Of a stretch of DNA of 64,000 nt, positions 21,532 to 34,000 are shown piece after piece. Under the pieces are notes generated by a model. It saw only the letters and a list, made by a program, of their open reading frames with translations, had not been told where the DNA came from and did no database searches. Source of the DNA: an uncultured delta proteobacterium (GTDB taxonomy: Bacteria > Desulfobacterota > Desulfomonilia > UBA1062); the NCBI GenBank assembly GCA_963752595.1, contig CAVVYZ010000001.1:192001-256000 (forward strand), read 5' to 3'. Every line of letters begins with the position of its first letter. Positions within the stretch are counted from its first letter, which is position 1. A program made the position numbers and the translations under genes.

Positions 21532-21761
21532 GTCTTCACACCCGTGCGCCGGAAAGGGTTCTCGCGTGCTTCAATACTATTGGCCGGAATGGATCATTAT
21601 ACAATGTTCTCAACATCGGTGCTTTTTTTCATACTCTTAGGCAGGAATTGTTAATATTTGATGAAGATTCGGTTAATTTTGCATGAAGGAAACCCTGCAT
21701 CCCGGTTCCAGAGAATTCCCGGGAATGGATAGTTCCGGGATCACCTGGAGACAATGTCGGG

Positions 21762-22049
21762 TCAGCGCTGGAGATCTTTTTTCATGCTTTCGAATTCCTC
21801 TTTGGTGATCTGCCCTTCGGCATAGCGTCTTTTGATGATATCGAGCGGCGTTTCTTTTCCGGCCCCGGGAGATGTCGGCAAGCCGGGCTTTATGATCCTC
21901 GTGGCAATATAAACCAGGAGAAAGATGATAAGGATAAAGAAAATCCACATGATCAAACCTCCTGTCCAGGAATTCATCATCCCCCAGCCGTGGCCGTTTT
22001 GCATCATGCAGTCAGAGAGGTAGGTTCCCGAAAGAATCAGGACGGACAT
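21762..22049 (-). CDS. SHOCT-domain small membrane protein (start uncertain)
   Basis: One TM helix plus PLDIIKRRYAEGQITKEEFESMKKDL. Confidence 0.8.
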   Translation of the reverse strand: MSVLILSGTYLSDCMMQNGHGWGMMNSWTGGLIMWIFFILIIFLLVYIATRIIKPGLPTSPGAGKETPLDIIKRRYAEGQITKEEFESMKKDLQR

Positions 22050-22130
22050 AACCTGATTTCCGGGCAGGGATTTTTTATTGTTCATATGCTTATAATAAGC
22101 CGGCATCGGACCGGCTTAAAGGCGGATCAT

Positions 22131-22667
22131 TTATGTTTTCTGCAGGGAAAGGGAGCCGTCCAGGATGTCGGCAACCTCCTGCTTGCACGCCCTGCAGCGC
22201 TGTGCTCCCCTGAAGAGCGGCTTGCCGCACGAAGGGCAGTGGTAGCGTTCGCATTCCGAACGGGCCCATTCAACGCTGCCGTCTTCATCTCCGAGCTCGG
22301 CTACCTTTTCCCGCCAGAGGGGGATGGCCCGCTTCATCACGCGCAAGCCGGTGGAAAGGCCGAAATTCTCCACCTTGCTGCACGGCCATTCATTGCACTG
22401 ATGACAGGAGTAAAAGCCTTTCGACCTTACGCAGTCTCTGATCGTGCAGAGCCTGCAGTACCCGTAGAGCATCTTCGGGGGGTCCGGCTGCATACATCCG
22501 ATGCACTTCGTCTCTTCAGGGCTTGTCCCATAGAGGTTTCCCATCACGGCCCTGAATTTATCATTATTGTCCCTGGTTGCTAAGTATACCCCGCAGGTGC
22601 CGCAATATAATCCGCAGGGGGCCATCAGATTCCTGTTCCGGAACTCATCCTCGCTCCATCCTTCCAT
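22131..22667 (-). CDS. DUF3795 domain Cys-rich protein
   Basis: APCGLYCGTC, C.GC, C.IR.C, C..C.E.PC, C-terminal CxxC...CxxC. Confidence 0.82.
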   Translation of the reverse strand: MEGWSEDEFRNRNLMAPCGLYCGTCGVYLATRDNNDKFRAVMGNLYGTSPEETKCIGCMQPDPPKMLYGYCRLCTIRDCVRSKGFYSCHQCNEWPCSKVENFGLSTGLRVMKRAIPLWREKVAELGDEDGSVEWARSECERYHCPSCGKPLFRGAQRCRACKQEVADILDGSLSLQKT

Positions 22668-22737
22668 GTTCGTCTCCTTTCAGTGCGACTGCTTTAATCC
22701 TCGCTTCCCTTGCCGCCGGGACAAAATAATCTCCAGA

Positions 22738-23534
22738 CTACCCGATATCCGCGAGATCTTCATGGTTCAGGAGCATCACGCCGTACAAGGAGGAAACCAT
22801 GCGTGCCCACCGGGAATACCGTGCATTCGTTACGACGGCTGCCACTCAGCCCCGTATCTTCTTTGTGTCGAGGACAGATTCCGGATAAAATGCCTGCCCA
22901 CCGTAGACGAAGACTTCGCACAAGAAAGGACGAACAATACGACTCCTTTCTGGGCAAGAACGTGGCTATGTGCGTTTTCCTCCCCGTCGTAGATCACCTT
23001 CCACCCGGCCAGGCCCAGAAGCCTCGTGCAATATAGGCGGTAGGCCTGCTGGTCGTCATCTTCCCAGCTTTCACCCCGGTATTCCCTGATCGTTCCGTCT
23101 ATGCGGTTTTTTTCAAGATACTCATCGATGCGCATATCGATCATGGCATCGATGCGCGTGGCAGAGAGTGGAAAGTCATGGGATTGAAGATCGCTGAAAA
23201 GACCGCCGAGTACGTTCGAAATAAAGTAGTCCTTTTCCTTATCCCAGGTTTCATAGTGCACAAGCCCATAGGCGTCTCTAAAGACCATATATCTTCGCTT
23301 TCGTGCAAGGACATCGAGGTGCTCGTTGATGCAGGCGGCAACTTTCCTGCGCGTAAAACGGCTTTCCAGAATATGGGACAGGTTCGGCCAGATGCCGCGG
23401 AAAAAGCCGTGCAGAAGTGCGAGCAGCATGATCGCCACGGAGAGGTAGGGCGAGGTATGATACAGAAGGAAGGCTGAGAATATATACAGACTCCCCAGCA
23501 GGATGAACCATACGATCCCCGTAACCATAGACAC
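22738..23534 (-). CDS. Membrane-anchored protein with a degenerate Mrr-like nuclease domain; 1-nt frameshift near 22843
   Basis: Two N-terminal TM helices; Y..YC..LL...GW, VLAQKG, VG; adding one G restores AAVVTNARYS...GVMLL.HEDL and TAG at 22738. Confidence 0.6.
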
Positions 23535-23755
23535 TCACTTCATCGCAAAGCTCGCAGCATAGGTACCCTCGCACAAGTGCTTCAAGCAGATAGTGTTAAT
23601 ATTATACCTGAATTAGAAAGAAATGATACTACAAATCAACGGACCGGAAGGAAGGCTCTTTTTGCCGGGAATATTCAAAGATCCGAAGCCATTTCCTAAG
23701 GCGACGGATTCAGAAGCTATTTTTACAGTCAGGCAGGTGCCAAGGGAATGAAGAT

Positions 23756-23843
23756 AAAAAAATAGCCAGAAGAAATTTAGGTGTAAGAGCATAGAAAAGG
23801 AAGGCTATGCTCCTTCTTCTGGCTCATAAAAGGAGGTTTCTCT
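23756..23843 (-). ncRNA. Candidate small RNA or terminating leader with anti-SD motifs
   Basis: Promoter TTGAGA-N17-TACTCT, 5' ACCUCCUUUU, nested 11-bp and 8-bp perfect stems, U7 tract. Confidence 0.5.
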
Positions 23844-23848
23844 TACAG

Positions 23849-23877
23849 AGAGTAAATATTTTCTAATGCATTCTCAA
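23849..23877 (-). promoter_or_regulatory. Sigma70-type promoter candidate
   Basis: -35 TTGAGA (23877-23872), 17-nt spacer, -10 TACTCT (23854-23849). Confidence 0.45.
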
Positions 23878-24215
23878 ATAATAGTTTATCAGTCATGTTC
23901 TGAAAGGCCTGTAGTCTATAGAGCGGCCGGCTTGTGAGATATTGTCCGACAAGGATCATTTCCATTACCGGCATGGGGACTTAGGAGGAGCGGGCTGGGA
24001 GCCGGCTCGAAAAAATATATGCAGCCCCATGTCCGATCATGATTTATGCGCTTAAAGGGCATGACCGGGCCGGGCAGGGAAGAGTTCATCTCTCTTTATC
24101 TCGAGTGCATCCCGACGCACCCGATTGTCTTTTACCCCGCATCAAAACTCTGAAAAAGCACAACATAGAATGGGACAATCATGAAAATAACAAAAAAGTT
24201 ACTTTGAGAATATAA

Positions 24216-24233
24216 CAGCACAACTATGTGCTG
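24216..24233. promoter_or_regulatory. Palindromic site upstream of the amtB sigma54 promoter
   Basis: CAGCACA-ACTA-TGTGCTG; GCAC...GTGC core resembles NtrC-type sites. Confidence 0.5.
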
Positions 24234-24297
24234 CAAGCCATTCATGAAAGCTGTACGGAACTATAGATAAAACAGAGACATGAATGATTCAGCCCTC

Positions 24298-24314
24298 CTG
24301 GTATGAAGCTTGCC
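24298..24314 (+). promoter_or_regulatory. Sigma54 (-24/-12) promoter of amtB-glnK
   Basis: CTGGTATGAAGCTTGC with GG-N10-GC spacing. Confidence 0.7.
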
Positions 24315-24357
24315 CTTGAACATATCAATTCATCCGACAGGGGAGGTACTATATTCT

Positions 24358-25937
<1,580 letters not shown>

Positions 25938-25960
25938 TGAAAGGCGTATCCGCCGGCTTA

Positions 25961-26248
25961 TTATTTATTGATTCTCGGTGATGTGCTTTCCTCTTTCCGC
26001 AGAGGCGTTGCCGACATCTCGACGATAGTTACCTTTCCGTGCCTGCTTAAAATCCATCGGAAAAACGGAATGACAACCCCTTTGGGGTTCGTCAGGTCTT
26101 CGATCAGGAGCGCGGCAACAGGTAATACGAGGCCGATGATGCCTTTGCCCATGCTCTTCTTGGTAATATTGTAGAGGCCTCCGGCCAGGAGAGCGTCCCT
26201 GATCCTGTTCTTGATGTGCAAGGGTGCATTGCCGTACTCACTTGCCAT
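25961..26248 (-). CDS. Hypothetical small membrane protein
   Basis: 95-aa ORF with purine-rich SD-like region and a hydrophobic segment. Confidence 0.5.
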   Translation of the reverse strand: MASEYGNAPLHIKNRIRDALLAGGLYNITKKSMGKGIIGLVLPVAALLIEDLTNPKGVVIPFFRWILSRHGKVTIVEMSATPLRKEESTSPRINK

Positions 26249-26599
26249 GTGTACATACTCCTCTCTTCTGCTGCTGATTACCCGTTATGCTTAGGAGTTT
26301 TCTCATCAGCCCGCCGTCCATCCGGCAAGCTACCCCGATTGACCGGCCCATGATACCAGAGAAATATAAATAACGGAAGCATCCTGATAGGGAGTGGATT
26401 CAGCCCGCCATCGATGCAGTGTGTGGTACATCCAAGTATCGAAAAAAACTAAAAAACTGGACAGTAAGGCTAAGGAAGTGTATGCTTGGAAACCGTAAAT
26501 TCATTGTTTCCCAAAGGCTGCAGTGGGGCGATGCAGGTTTCGGGGAGAGGATGAATGAAATTTATTCCGTATGCATAAAACCGACGAGGAGGTGGAGTA

Positions 26600-27325
26600 A
26601 TGAGAAAGATGATTGTTTCGCTGGCAGTGCTGGTTATGATGGCGCTACCCATGGGTGTCATGGCTGAGGATTCCCTCGTGGAGGCAAAGGCTCTGTTGAA
26701 ACAGGAGACCCTTGACTCCAGCAGGAAGGCCCTTGATATCTCGCTGAAGGTAGTGCAGCAGCAGCCGCAGAGCTATGAGGCGAACTGGGTTGTTGCAAAG
26801 GCATACCGTTTGACAGGGGACCAGTCTAAAAAGGCCAATGTTCCCAACTGGAAAGCCATCTGCAAAGACTACGGGAAAAAAGGCATGGCATATGCTGAAA
26901 AGGCTAAGGCCATCGATCCAAACAAGGTGGACGGTCATTTCTGGTATGCTGCTTCCGTGGGAACGTACTCGGACGGCGTGAGCATCATCACCGCACTCAA
27001 GGAAGGCCTGAAGGACAAAACCCAGAACGGCTTCGAAACCTCGTATAAAATGGATAAAATGTACAATGACGCCGGTCCGGTCCTTGCACTCGGACGGTTC
27101 TGGTCGGTTCTTCCCTGGCCGCTGAAGGACAAGAAAAAGGCGGTAACGTATCTGGAAGAATTCCAGAAATACTTCCCGAACAAGCCGGAGGGGCAGGTCT
27201 ATCTCGGAACGGCATACCTGGATGTGAAAGAGAAGGATAAGGCCAAGGCTGTCCTGACAAAAGCAGCGGAATCAAACGACAAGTATTACAGCGACATGGC
27301 AAAGAGTCTCCTGAACGGCATGTAA
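26600..27325 (+). CDS. Exported TPR-like helical protein
   Basis: SD GAGGAGG, signal peptide, TPR-like repeats, LGRFW..LPWP. Confidence 0.75.
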   Translation: MRKMIVSLAVLVMMALPMGVMAEDSLVEAKALLKQETLDSSRKALDISLKVVQQQPQSYEANWVVAKAYRLTGDQSKKANVPNWKAICKDYGKKGMAYAEKAKAIDPNKVDGHFWYAASVGTYSDGVSIITALKEGLKDKTQNGFETSYKMDKMYNDAGPVLALGRFWSVLPWPLKDKKKAVTYLEEFQKYFPNKPEGQVYLGTAYLDVKEKDKAKAVLTKAAESNDKYYSDMAKSLLNGM

Positions 27326-27349
27326 TTCGTACACAAAGGAAGCGAGCAC

Positions 27350-27384
27350 AAGGGGCGCCTCTTCTTGAAGGCGCCCCTTTTTTT
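27350..27384 (+). terminator. Rho-independent terminator
   Basis: AAGGGGCGCCT-loop-AGGCGCCCCTT followed by a T run. Confidence 0.85.
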
Positions 27385-27427
27385 CATCTCCCCTTTTCCA
27401 TCCCGGTTATTGTATACACCCCTTTAT

Positions 27428-27985
27428 ATGATACTCGACATCGAAGGCGTAACTGCGATCACCATAGAACACAGCAGGAAGGCAAAGCGCATGCGCATCA
27501 CCGTGAGCTCGGGGTCTGTCCGGGTCGCCGTTCCCCGCTGGATATCTCTGGATAAAGCAAAGGCCTTTGTCCTGGAGCATGCTGACTGGATACGGCATCA
27601 CGAAGCACGGCTGAAACTCAGGGAAAAGGCCGGTGAGGAACTCCTGCGCGAGCTGCCCCCCATTGCCGACCCCGATGAAGCCAGGCAGAAGATCATCTAC
27701 CGCAGCAGGCTGCTGGCGCTCCATACCGGCCTTTCCTTCAAGCGCCTCACGATCAGAAGCCAGAAGACCCGCTGGGGAAGCTGCAGCGCCCGAAACGACA
27801 TCAGCCTGAACATCAAGCTTGCAAGGCTGCCCCAAGCACTCATGGATTACGTGATCCTGCATGAACTGGTACATACGAGGGTCAAGGGTCACGGCCCGGC
27901 ATTCTGGAACGAACTGGACAAATACGCAGGAGATTCCAGAAAACTACGCAGGGAGTTGCGGAAATACCTGCTCAAAAACCTCTGA
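27428..27985 (+). CDS. YgjP/DUF45-like metallopeptidase-fold protein
   Basis: QKTRWGSCS, DYVILHELVH, HGPAFW. Confidence 0.88.
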   Translation: MILDIEGVTAITIEHSRKAKRMRITVSSGSVRVAVPRWISLDKAKAFVLEHADWIRHHEARLKLREKAGEELLRELPPIADPDEARQKIIYRSRLLALHTGLSFKRLTIRSQKTRWGSCSARNDISLNIKLARLPQALMDYVILHELVHTRVKGHGPAFWNELDKYAGDSRKLRRELRKYLLKNL

Positions 27986-28332
27986 CATACCTTGTGCATA
28001 TAAAAACACTTCCGGCTTTTTTGCGTCCCTCGCTGTGACGACCATATCTGTATTCCCTGATGCCTTTCTCAATAGCGTTTGCAGGTTGCCCGAGTAGGGG
28101 GTGCAATTGGGTACGGGGGTAATCATGACGAAACGTCGAATATGGGGTTAATATGTATGAGCGTTGGGCAACAAGAGGGCTCTTCCGACCACCGAACTGC
28201 CTTTTTTGATACATCCAAGGATCGCCCGGAGGTGAGCCGATCGGATGCATCAAAAGGTGCCGTAATGAGGGCCGATGTCCGCTGCACCCCTTCTTCTCAG
28301 GCTAAACTTCTATACGTGTCCTGAGATGCACA

Positions 28333-28608
28333 TCACCCGCTGCACTGCCGGCCGGGCTGGGAGAGACGGAATTTCAGGAACAAGGCCACAAGCACGACCA
28401 GGATCGGGAGCTTGAGCTTCCGGAATAGGGCGAAGAAGAACCCGGTGAGCTTGAAGGCTATTTTGAGCCCGATGATTCCTGCAACTGCGAATGCAGCGGG
28501 CTTCAGCATTTTCTTGAACCCGGCGAACCTGACATCCAACTCGGCTTTGATTTCTTCCAGTTCGTGCGTGATTTCGTTCATATCGGTTCTCAGCTCTTTT
28601 TCAGCCAT
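28333..28608 (-). CDS. Hypothetical membrane protein (coiled coil plus TM), partner of the holin-X-like gene
   Basis: SD GGAGG before ATG 28608, overlapping the upstream gene end. Confidence 0.6.
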   Translation of the reverse strand: MAEKELRTDMNEITHELEEIKAELDVRFAGFKKMLKPAAFAVAGIIGLKIAFKLTGFFFALFRKLKLPILVVLVALFLKFRLSQPGRQCSG

Positions 28609-28973
28609 CTCATATCCTCCCTGACCAGGTTCAGATTGACTCGTGCTTGGGAAACCCCTTTTTTCACCTTCAGCAGGCCTATGAGGCCGAGAATGAGACC
28701 GCACAGCATGAGGAATAGGGTGACGATCAACGCCGAGGCCCAGGGCGCGAACCAAATATTCAGGATCAGCACAGCAGTGACTAAAAAGAAGATTCCCGAA
28801 AGTGCGATGAAAACAAGACCGGCGCACGCCAGGGCAACCCCCGGCAGGCTTATTTTGGCCGAATCTTCAAAGGTCTTCTTTACAAACGACTTTTCCTGCG
28901 CGGCAAACCTCTTGACCAGGCTTATGAACCTGGTTATCAGCCCGAACGTAGATACATCTCCGTATTTTCCCAT
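28590..28973 (-). CDS. Holin-X / YqjE-like membrane protein
   Basis: Two to three TM helices, PWASALIV motif, C-terminal VREDMRWLK. Confidence 0.7.
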   Translation of the reverse strand: MGKYGDVSTFGLITRFISLVKRFAAQEKSFVKKTFEDSAKISLPGVALACAGLVFIALSGIFFLVTAVLILNIWFAPWASALIVTLFLMLCGLILGLIGLLKVKKGVSQARVNLNLVREDMRWLKKS

Positions 28974-29298
28974 AACCTTCCCCCAAGTTTATATGAAAGA
29001 ACCGTCGATACCTCTTCCGTCAGTATCATTCGATAGCGGCTTCACCTTGCACCCGGTTGAAATTCATTACTGCCCGCTTAATGTAAAAAATGGGGGCAGT
29101 TCTCTTTTTCCCAATCCCTAAAGCCTGATTAGTTTTCGGGCTGCAGGAAAGCTGCAATCTAACGCAAGTTATTTAGAAAGTTTACATGATAATCCCCGTC
29201 AAAGTCAACACAATGGCTCATGGGTATTGTCGAAGCCTTGGGAGATCGGGAAAAACCTTTAATTATTAGTTTAGGATGTCGTGAAAGGAGGAAAAACG

Positions 29299-29990
29299 AT
29301 GAAAGTGAAAGCAATGAAAGCGCGAACTGTTGCGATCTTTATGGCGGCGGCAGCCGCAATTCTTTTGGCAGCCTGTGCATCGATGCAAAATACCGAAGCT
29401 GACAGCCGCATCGAATCGTCTATTAAAAATTCCTACGTATTCAGGACTTATCTGCAGGATGAAAATATCACCGTAAGCTCCCGGGGTGGGGATGTTACTC
29501 TGGTGGGTACGGTTTCGGATGCATGGCTTGCTTGGTGCAAAGGTGAAGGCCGCCATTTTGCTGCATCGGGAAGTGAGCGCTGAGGAGACCGACGTGTTCG
29601 TCCAGGATGGCGTTGTGACGCTACGGGGCCAGGCAAACAGCGACGCACAGAAGAAACTGACGACCGAATATGCAAAAGACGTGAAAGGGGTCAAGAGTTA
29701 ATAATGAGATGACCGTAGCCGGTACGGGTACCGGAACCGAACCAAGCACCCTCACCCAAACGGTCGATGACGCATCGATCACTGCACAGGTCAAGCTGGC
29801 TCTGGCGACGCACCGCTCGACCAGTGCACTTAATACCAATGTCGATACGCAAAACGGCATCGTTTCGGTATACGGCGTGGCCGGCAAGGTGAAAAGGACC
29901 TGGTAACCAAGCTCATTATCGATATCAACGGCGTAAGGGGTGTGGATAACCAGATGACTGTCGCATCTCCCGCATCGCTGGTGGAATAAG
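29299..29990 (+). pseudogene. Multi-BON-domain (OsmY-like) lipoprotein, disrupted
   Basis: Lipobox LAAC; BON motifs GDVTLVGTV, DGVVTLRG...GVKSV.N, DDASITAQVK..L, GVRGVDNQM in different frames; first BON truncated. Confidence 0.65.
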
Positions 29991-30142
29991 AGGGCTGCAC
30001 TATAATCAGGCTGATGCGTCCTTGGCATCAGCCTGATGAGATATAAGACCGGGTGTGAAATTCAATGCATGCCGGCACTTGTCCTGAAAGGACTTCATGC
30101 GATTGCTTCCTATAGGATTGCAACACTCGGTGGAGGTGTTTC

Positions 30143-30982
30143 ATGGAAAGCCTTTGGAATCTCTTTTGGATTTTCATCGTCATTACTGCCCTGCTGCCGG
30201 TGATCCGGCAGAAGAGGATAGAGTTCAAGCGGCTCAAGGTAATCAAGGATTTCGAGGAAAGACGTTCCTCCCGCGTCATTACCCTGATCCACCGGCAGGA
30301 AATCATGAAGCTCCTCGGTTTTCCGCTCATGAAGTATATCGATATCACCGATTCCGAGGATATCCTGAGGGCGATCAGATTCACTCCTGAAGACATGCCC
30401 ATCGACATGATCATTCATACGCCGGGGGGGCTCGTGCTTTCCTCGGAGCAGATAGCCAAGGCGCTCAAGCGCCACAAGGCAAAGGTCACGGTTTTTGTCC
30501 CGCATTATGCAATGTCCGGAGGCACCCTCCTGTGCCTTGCGGCAGACGAGGTAATCATGGACGAGAACGCCGTGCTCGGGCCGGTTGATCCGCAACTGGG
30601 GGAATATCCGGCGGTGTCGATTCTCAATGTGCTGGAGAAGAAAGAACCGAAAGACATCGAAGACAAGACCTATATCCTGGCCGATGTCTCAAGAAAGGCG
30701 CTGACCCAGGTGAAAGACTTCGTCAAAACGATCCTGTCGGACGAGAGAAACGAGAGCGAGGTGGAGAGCATCGCGACAGCGCTGACCGGAGGAAAATGGA
30801 CGCACGACTACCCCATCTTCTTCGAAGAGGCAAAGCTCATCGGGATCAATATCTCCGCTCATATGCCCAAAGAGGTCTATGAACTCATGGATCTGTTTCC
30901 GCAGGCGCAGCAGCAGCGGCCTTCGGTCCAGTATATCCCCGTACCCTATAGAAGCGGAGACCGGCAGAAAGGCAAGCAGTGA
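30143..30982 (+). CDS. SDH-family Clp-fold serine protease (DUF114)
   Basis: HTPGG, HYAMSGGT, LGPVDPQ, WTHDYPI. Confidence 0.88.
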   Translation: MESLWNLFWIFIVITALLPVIRQKRIEFKRLKVIKDFEERRSSRVITLIHRQEIMKLLGFPLMKYIDITDSEDILRAIRFTPEDMPIDMIIHTPGGLVLSSEQIAKALKRHKAKVTVFVPHYAMSGGTLLCLAADEVIMDENAVLGPVDPQLGEYPAVSILNVLEKKEPKDIEDKTYILADVSRKALTQVKDFVKTILSDERNESEVESIATALTGGKWTHDYPIFFEEAKLIGINISAHMPKEVYELMDLFPQAQQQRPSVQYIPVPYRSGDRQKGKQ

Positions 30983-31009
30983 TAATGGTGCGTCTTATTG
31001 GTTTAGTCC

Positions 31010-34000
31010 TCACGAGGCCAGGCCGTTCATGCATCCATCACTGTTTTCCTTTCTCTCAATCCTGGGCAGGAAAACCGTAAAAACCGATCCTTCACCCGGT
31101 GTGCTCCGAACCGTGATGGCGCCCTGATGGCCTTTTACGATACCATGGACCACCGCCAGACCCATACCCGAACCTTCACCCTTTTTCTTGGTGGTGAAGA
31201 ACGGCTCAAAGATATGCTTCACGGTCTTTTCGTCCATTCCCGTACCCGTATCCCTGACCGTGATCTTCATATACGTACCTTCGGACAGGTCGGGCGATAC
31301 TAGAGAGGCGGTCTCCTCACTGAGAACAGAATCGCTGAGCTCCACTTCGAGGATACCTCCCTGCTCCTTCATTGCGTGGCCTGCATTGCTCCCGAGGTTT
31401 ATCATTACCTGCTTGATCTGCGTCGGGTCTGCAAACACCGTAGAGCATTCGTCGTGAATCCTGCTATGGATCTCGATGGTGGAGGGGAGGGAAGATCTGA
31501 GGAAGGACAGGGTCTCCTTGACGATGGAAGAGATGACCACAGGTTTCTTCTCCTGAGGGGTCTGACGGCTGAAGGTAACGATCTGCTTCACCAGGTCGCT
31601 TCCTATCCGGGCAGCTCCGAGCACTTCTTCGAGCATGGGATGGACCGGGTTTTCCGCGCCCACGTCTTCAAGCGCGATCTCGGTATTGATCAGAATCGGC
31701 GTAAGGATGTTTTTCAGGTCATGGGCTATGCCGCCTGCCAGCGTGCCCAATGCCTCCATCTTCTGGTTCTGGGAAACCTGCTGTTGCAGTAGGACTTCAC
31801 GGGTGACATCCTGAACGACGGCAACGAAGTTGATGATATGGCCGGTCTCATCGCGCACCGGGGATACGCTTAAAATGATCTCCAGGGCGCTTCCATCCAT
31901 ATGCTTCCTTGTCATCCGGCCTGTCCAGGATTCTCCCCCCTCCTTTATCTGGGTGAATACGGACTGATACCTTTCATGCATTTCCACGCCGAAGAATGTG
32001 GTGGTTTTCCCGATGAGCTCATCGGGCTGGTATCCGGTCAGGAATTCGTATGCAGGATTCACATATTCTATGATTCCGTCCGGACTGAAGAGTACGATAC
32101 CTTCCTCTGCCTGTCTGATGGCTGCCGCGAGGCGCAGAAGATCCTGCTCCATCCTCTTGCGGGCAGTTATGTCTATCCCAATGCCCACCAGGGAGCCGTC
32201 CGGGAGCCGGACATTAGCCCAGGAACTCTGCAGAAGGCTCCCTGAACGTGTCGTTATCCCGATGTCTTTCCACCCGGATTTTTCCTTCATCATCGAGTCC
32301 CATATCTCGGCCCTGTAGTGGGGATCAGGATAGATGGCCGCCATGAGATCCATGGTGCGGGCCTCTTCCAGAGACCATCCGGCAAGCTTCTCGAACTCGC
32401 GGTTGACGAGTTTTACCTTACCCGTTACATCGTAGAAGGTCAGCATTACCGGGATGTTATTGATGATCGTCTGCAGGATCTCCTTCTGCTCTTTCAGCTG
32501 ATCTACCGTCTGGGCCAGTACCCTGGTGCGGAATTTCACCTTCTGCTCCAGTTCTTCGTTGGTCTTCCGGAGAGATTCCTGTGCATTCTTGACCTCGGTG
32601 ATATCGCTGAAGATAACGAAGACCCTTGCGAGTTCCTTGTCCTGTGAATCCCCCTTGTGCAGCCGGGGGATCAGATCCACCGAAACCCAGCGATGATCAG
32701 CTTGCCCCGTGCCGGAGAAGCGCATCACCTTGTTCAGGACCGAATTACCCGTCTTCAGGGTTTTCATGATCGGAAGATTGTTTACGTCAAAGGGTGCCCC
32801 GTCTTCCTGTGCAGCTCCGGGTATCGATTGGAAAACCTGGAGAAACGGACGGCCCAGCATCTTCCCGAGGTCCATGCTCAGGATGTTGTTCGCTGCCTGG
32901 TTTACCGATACGAGGTTGCCCGCTTCATCAAATTCCGCCACGCCCTGTTCCATGGAATCATAGAGGAAGCGGTATCGTTCCTCTGAAGCACGCAAGGCCT
33001 TTTCTGCCCGCTTCCGGTCGGTGATGTCGAGGAATGCACCCACGGACCCGCGGATATTGCCTGAAACATCGTGTAACGGTGATGCGAACTCGAGCATGCT
33101 GACGGTCACGCCGTCGTCCCGGACGACCTCCACCTCGAAATTCCGCACAATGGTGCCCCGGGAGGCAGCGCTCTGCAGAGGCAGCTCATCAGGCCCGAGT
33201 TCCCTCCCATGGGAGAGGACTTTGAAGCTCTTCGGGCGTTCATCCCGGCCTGCACTGAGGGACAGGTTCGCTCCCTGCTTCATGCCGAGTATTTTCTCGA
33301 ATGTTTTGTTTCCCCGGACCGTTCTGCTTTCCCGGCCTTCGGCAATGCCGATGCCTATGGGGATAACATCGAGCAGTGTCTGCAGTTCCTCGACGCGGCG
33401 CCTGAGGTCGGTATTCAGATTTCCTATCTTCTCCTCAGCCTGTTTGTGCTTCGTGATATCCATCGTGATCCCGAGGATCTGCTGTATCTCACCCTGTTCA
33501 TTCAGCAGGGGGACATAGTTTACGACAAGCGTCTGTATGATGTTCCCGGAGGAAATGCTCACCTCTGCCTGCTGCGGCTGCCTGGTCCTGATCGCCCGGA
33601 GTAGGTGCGGCAGGTAGGCGCCTGCCTCCTCGTGAGGGAATATCTCTTCGTCCCGATGTCCGAGGATCTCCTCTTCGGCAAGCCCGCTTACCTGGATGAG
33701 GTGCTTGTTGACGAACCTGAACCGGCGGTCTGCATCATAGATGATAAATGTGTCCGGGAAGCGGTCAACGGCTGCGCGGAAGCGCTCCTCGCTCTGCCGC
33801 AATGCCGATTCCGCCTGCTTGCGTTCGGTGATGTCCCGGAACTCGGTTACCCTGACAGTCCGTCCATGATAGGGAATGGTCTTGCCCTGGATCTCGAGAG
33901 GGTAGATAGAGCCGTCCTTCCGCATGCCTTCGACATCATAGGGTTCGCCGAAACTGCCGACGATTCTCTGCATAACGTAATCCCGCCATGCCGGGGCAAT

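Noticed and set aside
28092-28298. 6S RNA or hammerhead ribozyme
   Set aside because: Arms are too asymmetric for 6S and there is no CUGANGA...GAAA core
28590-28973. Prophage inferred from a holin-family gene
   Set aside because: No phage structural, lysis or integrase genes; this family is commonly chromosomal
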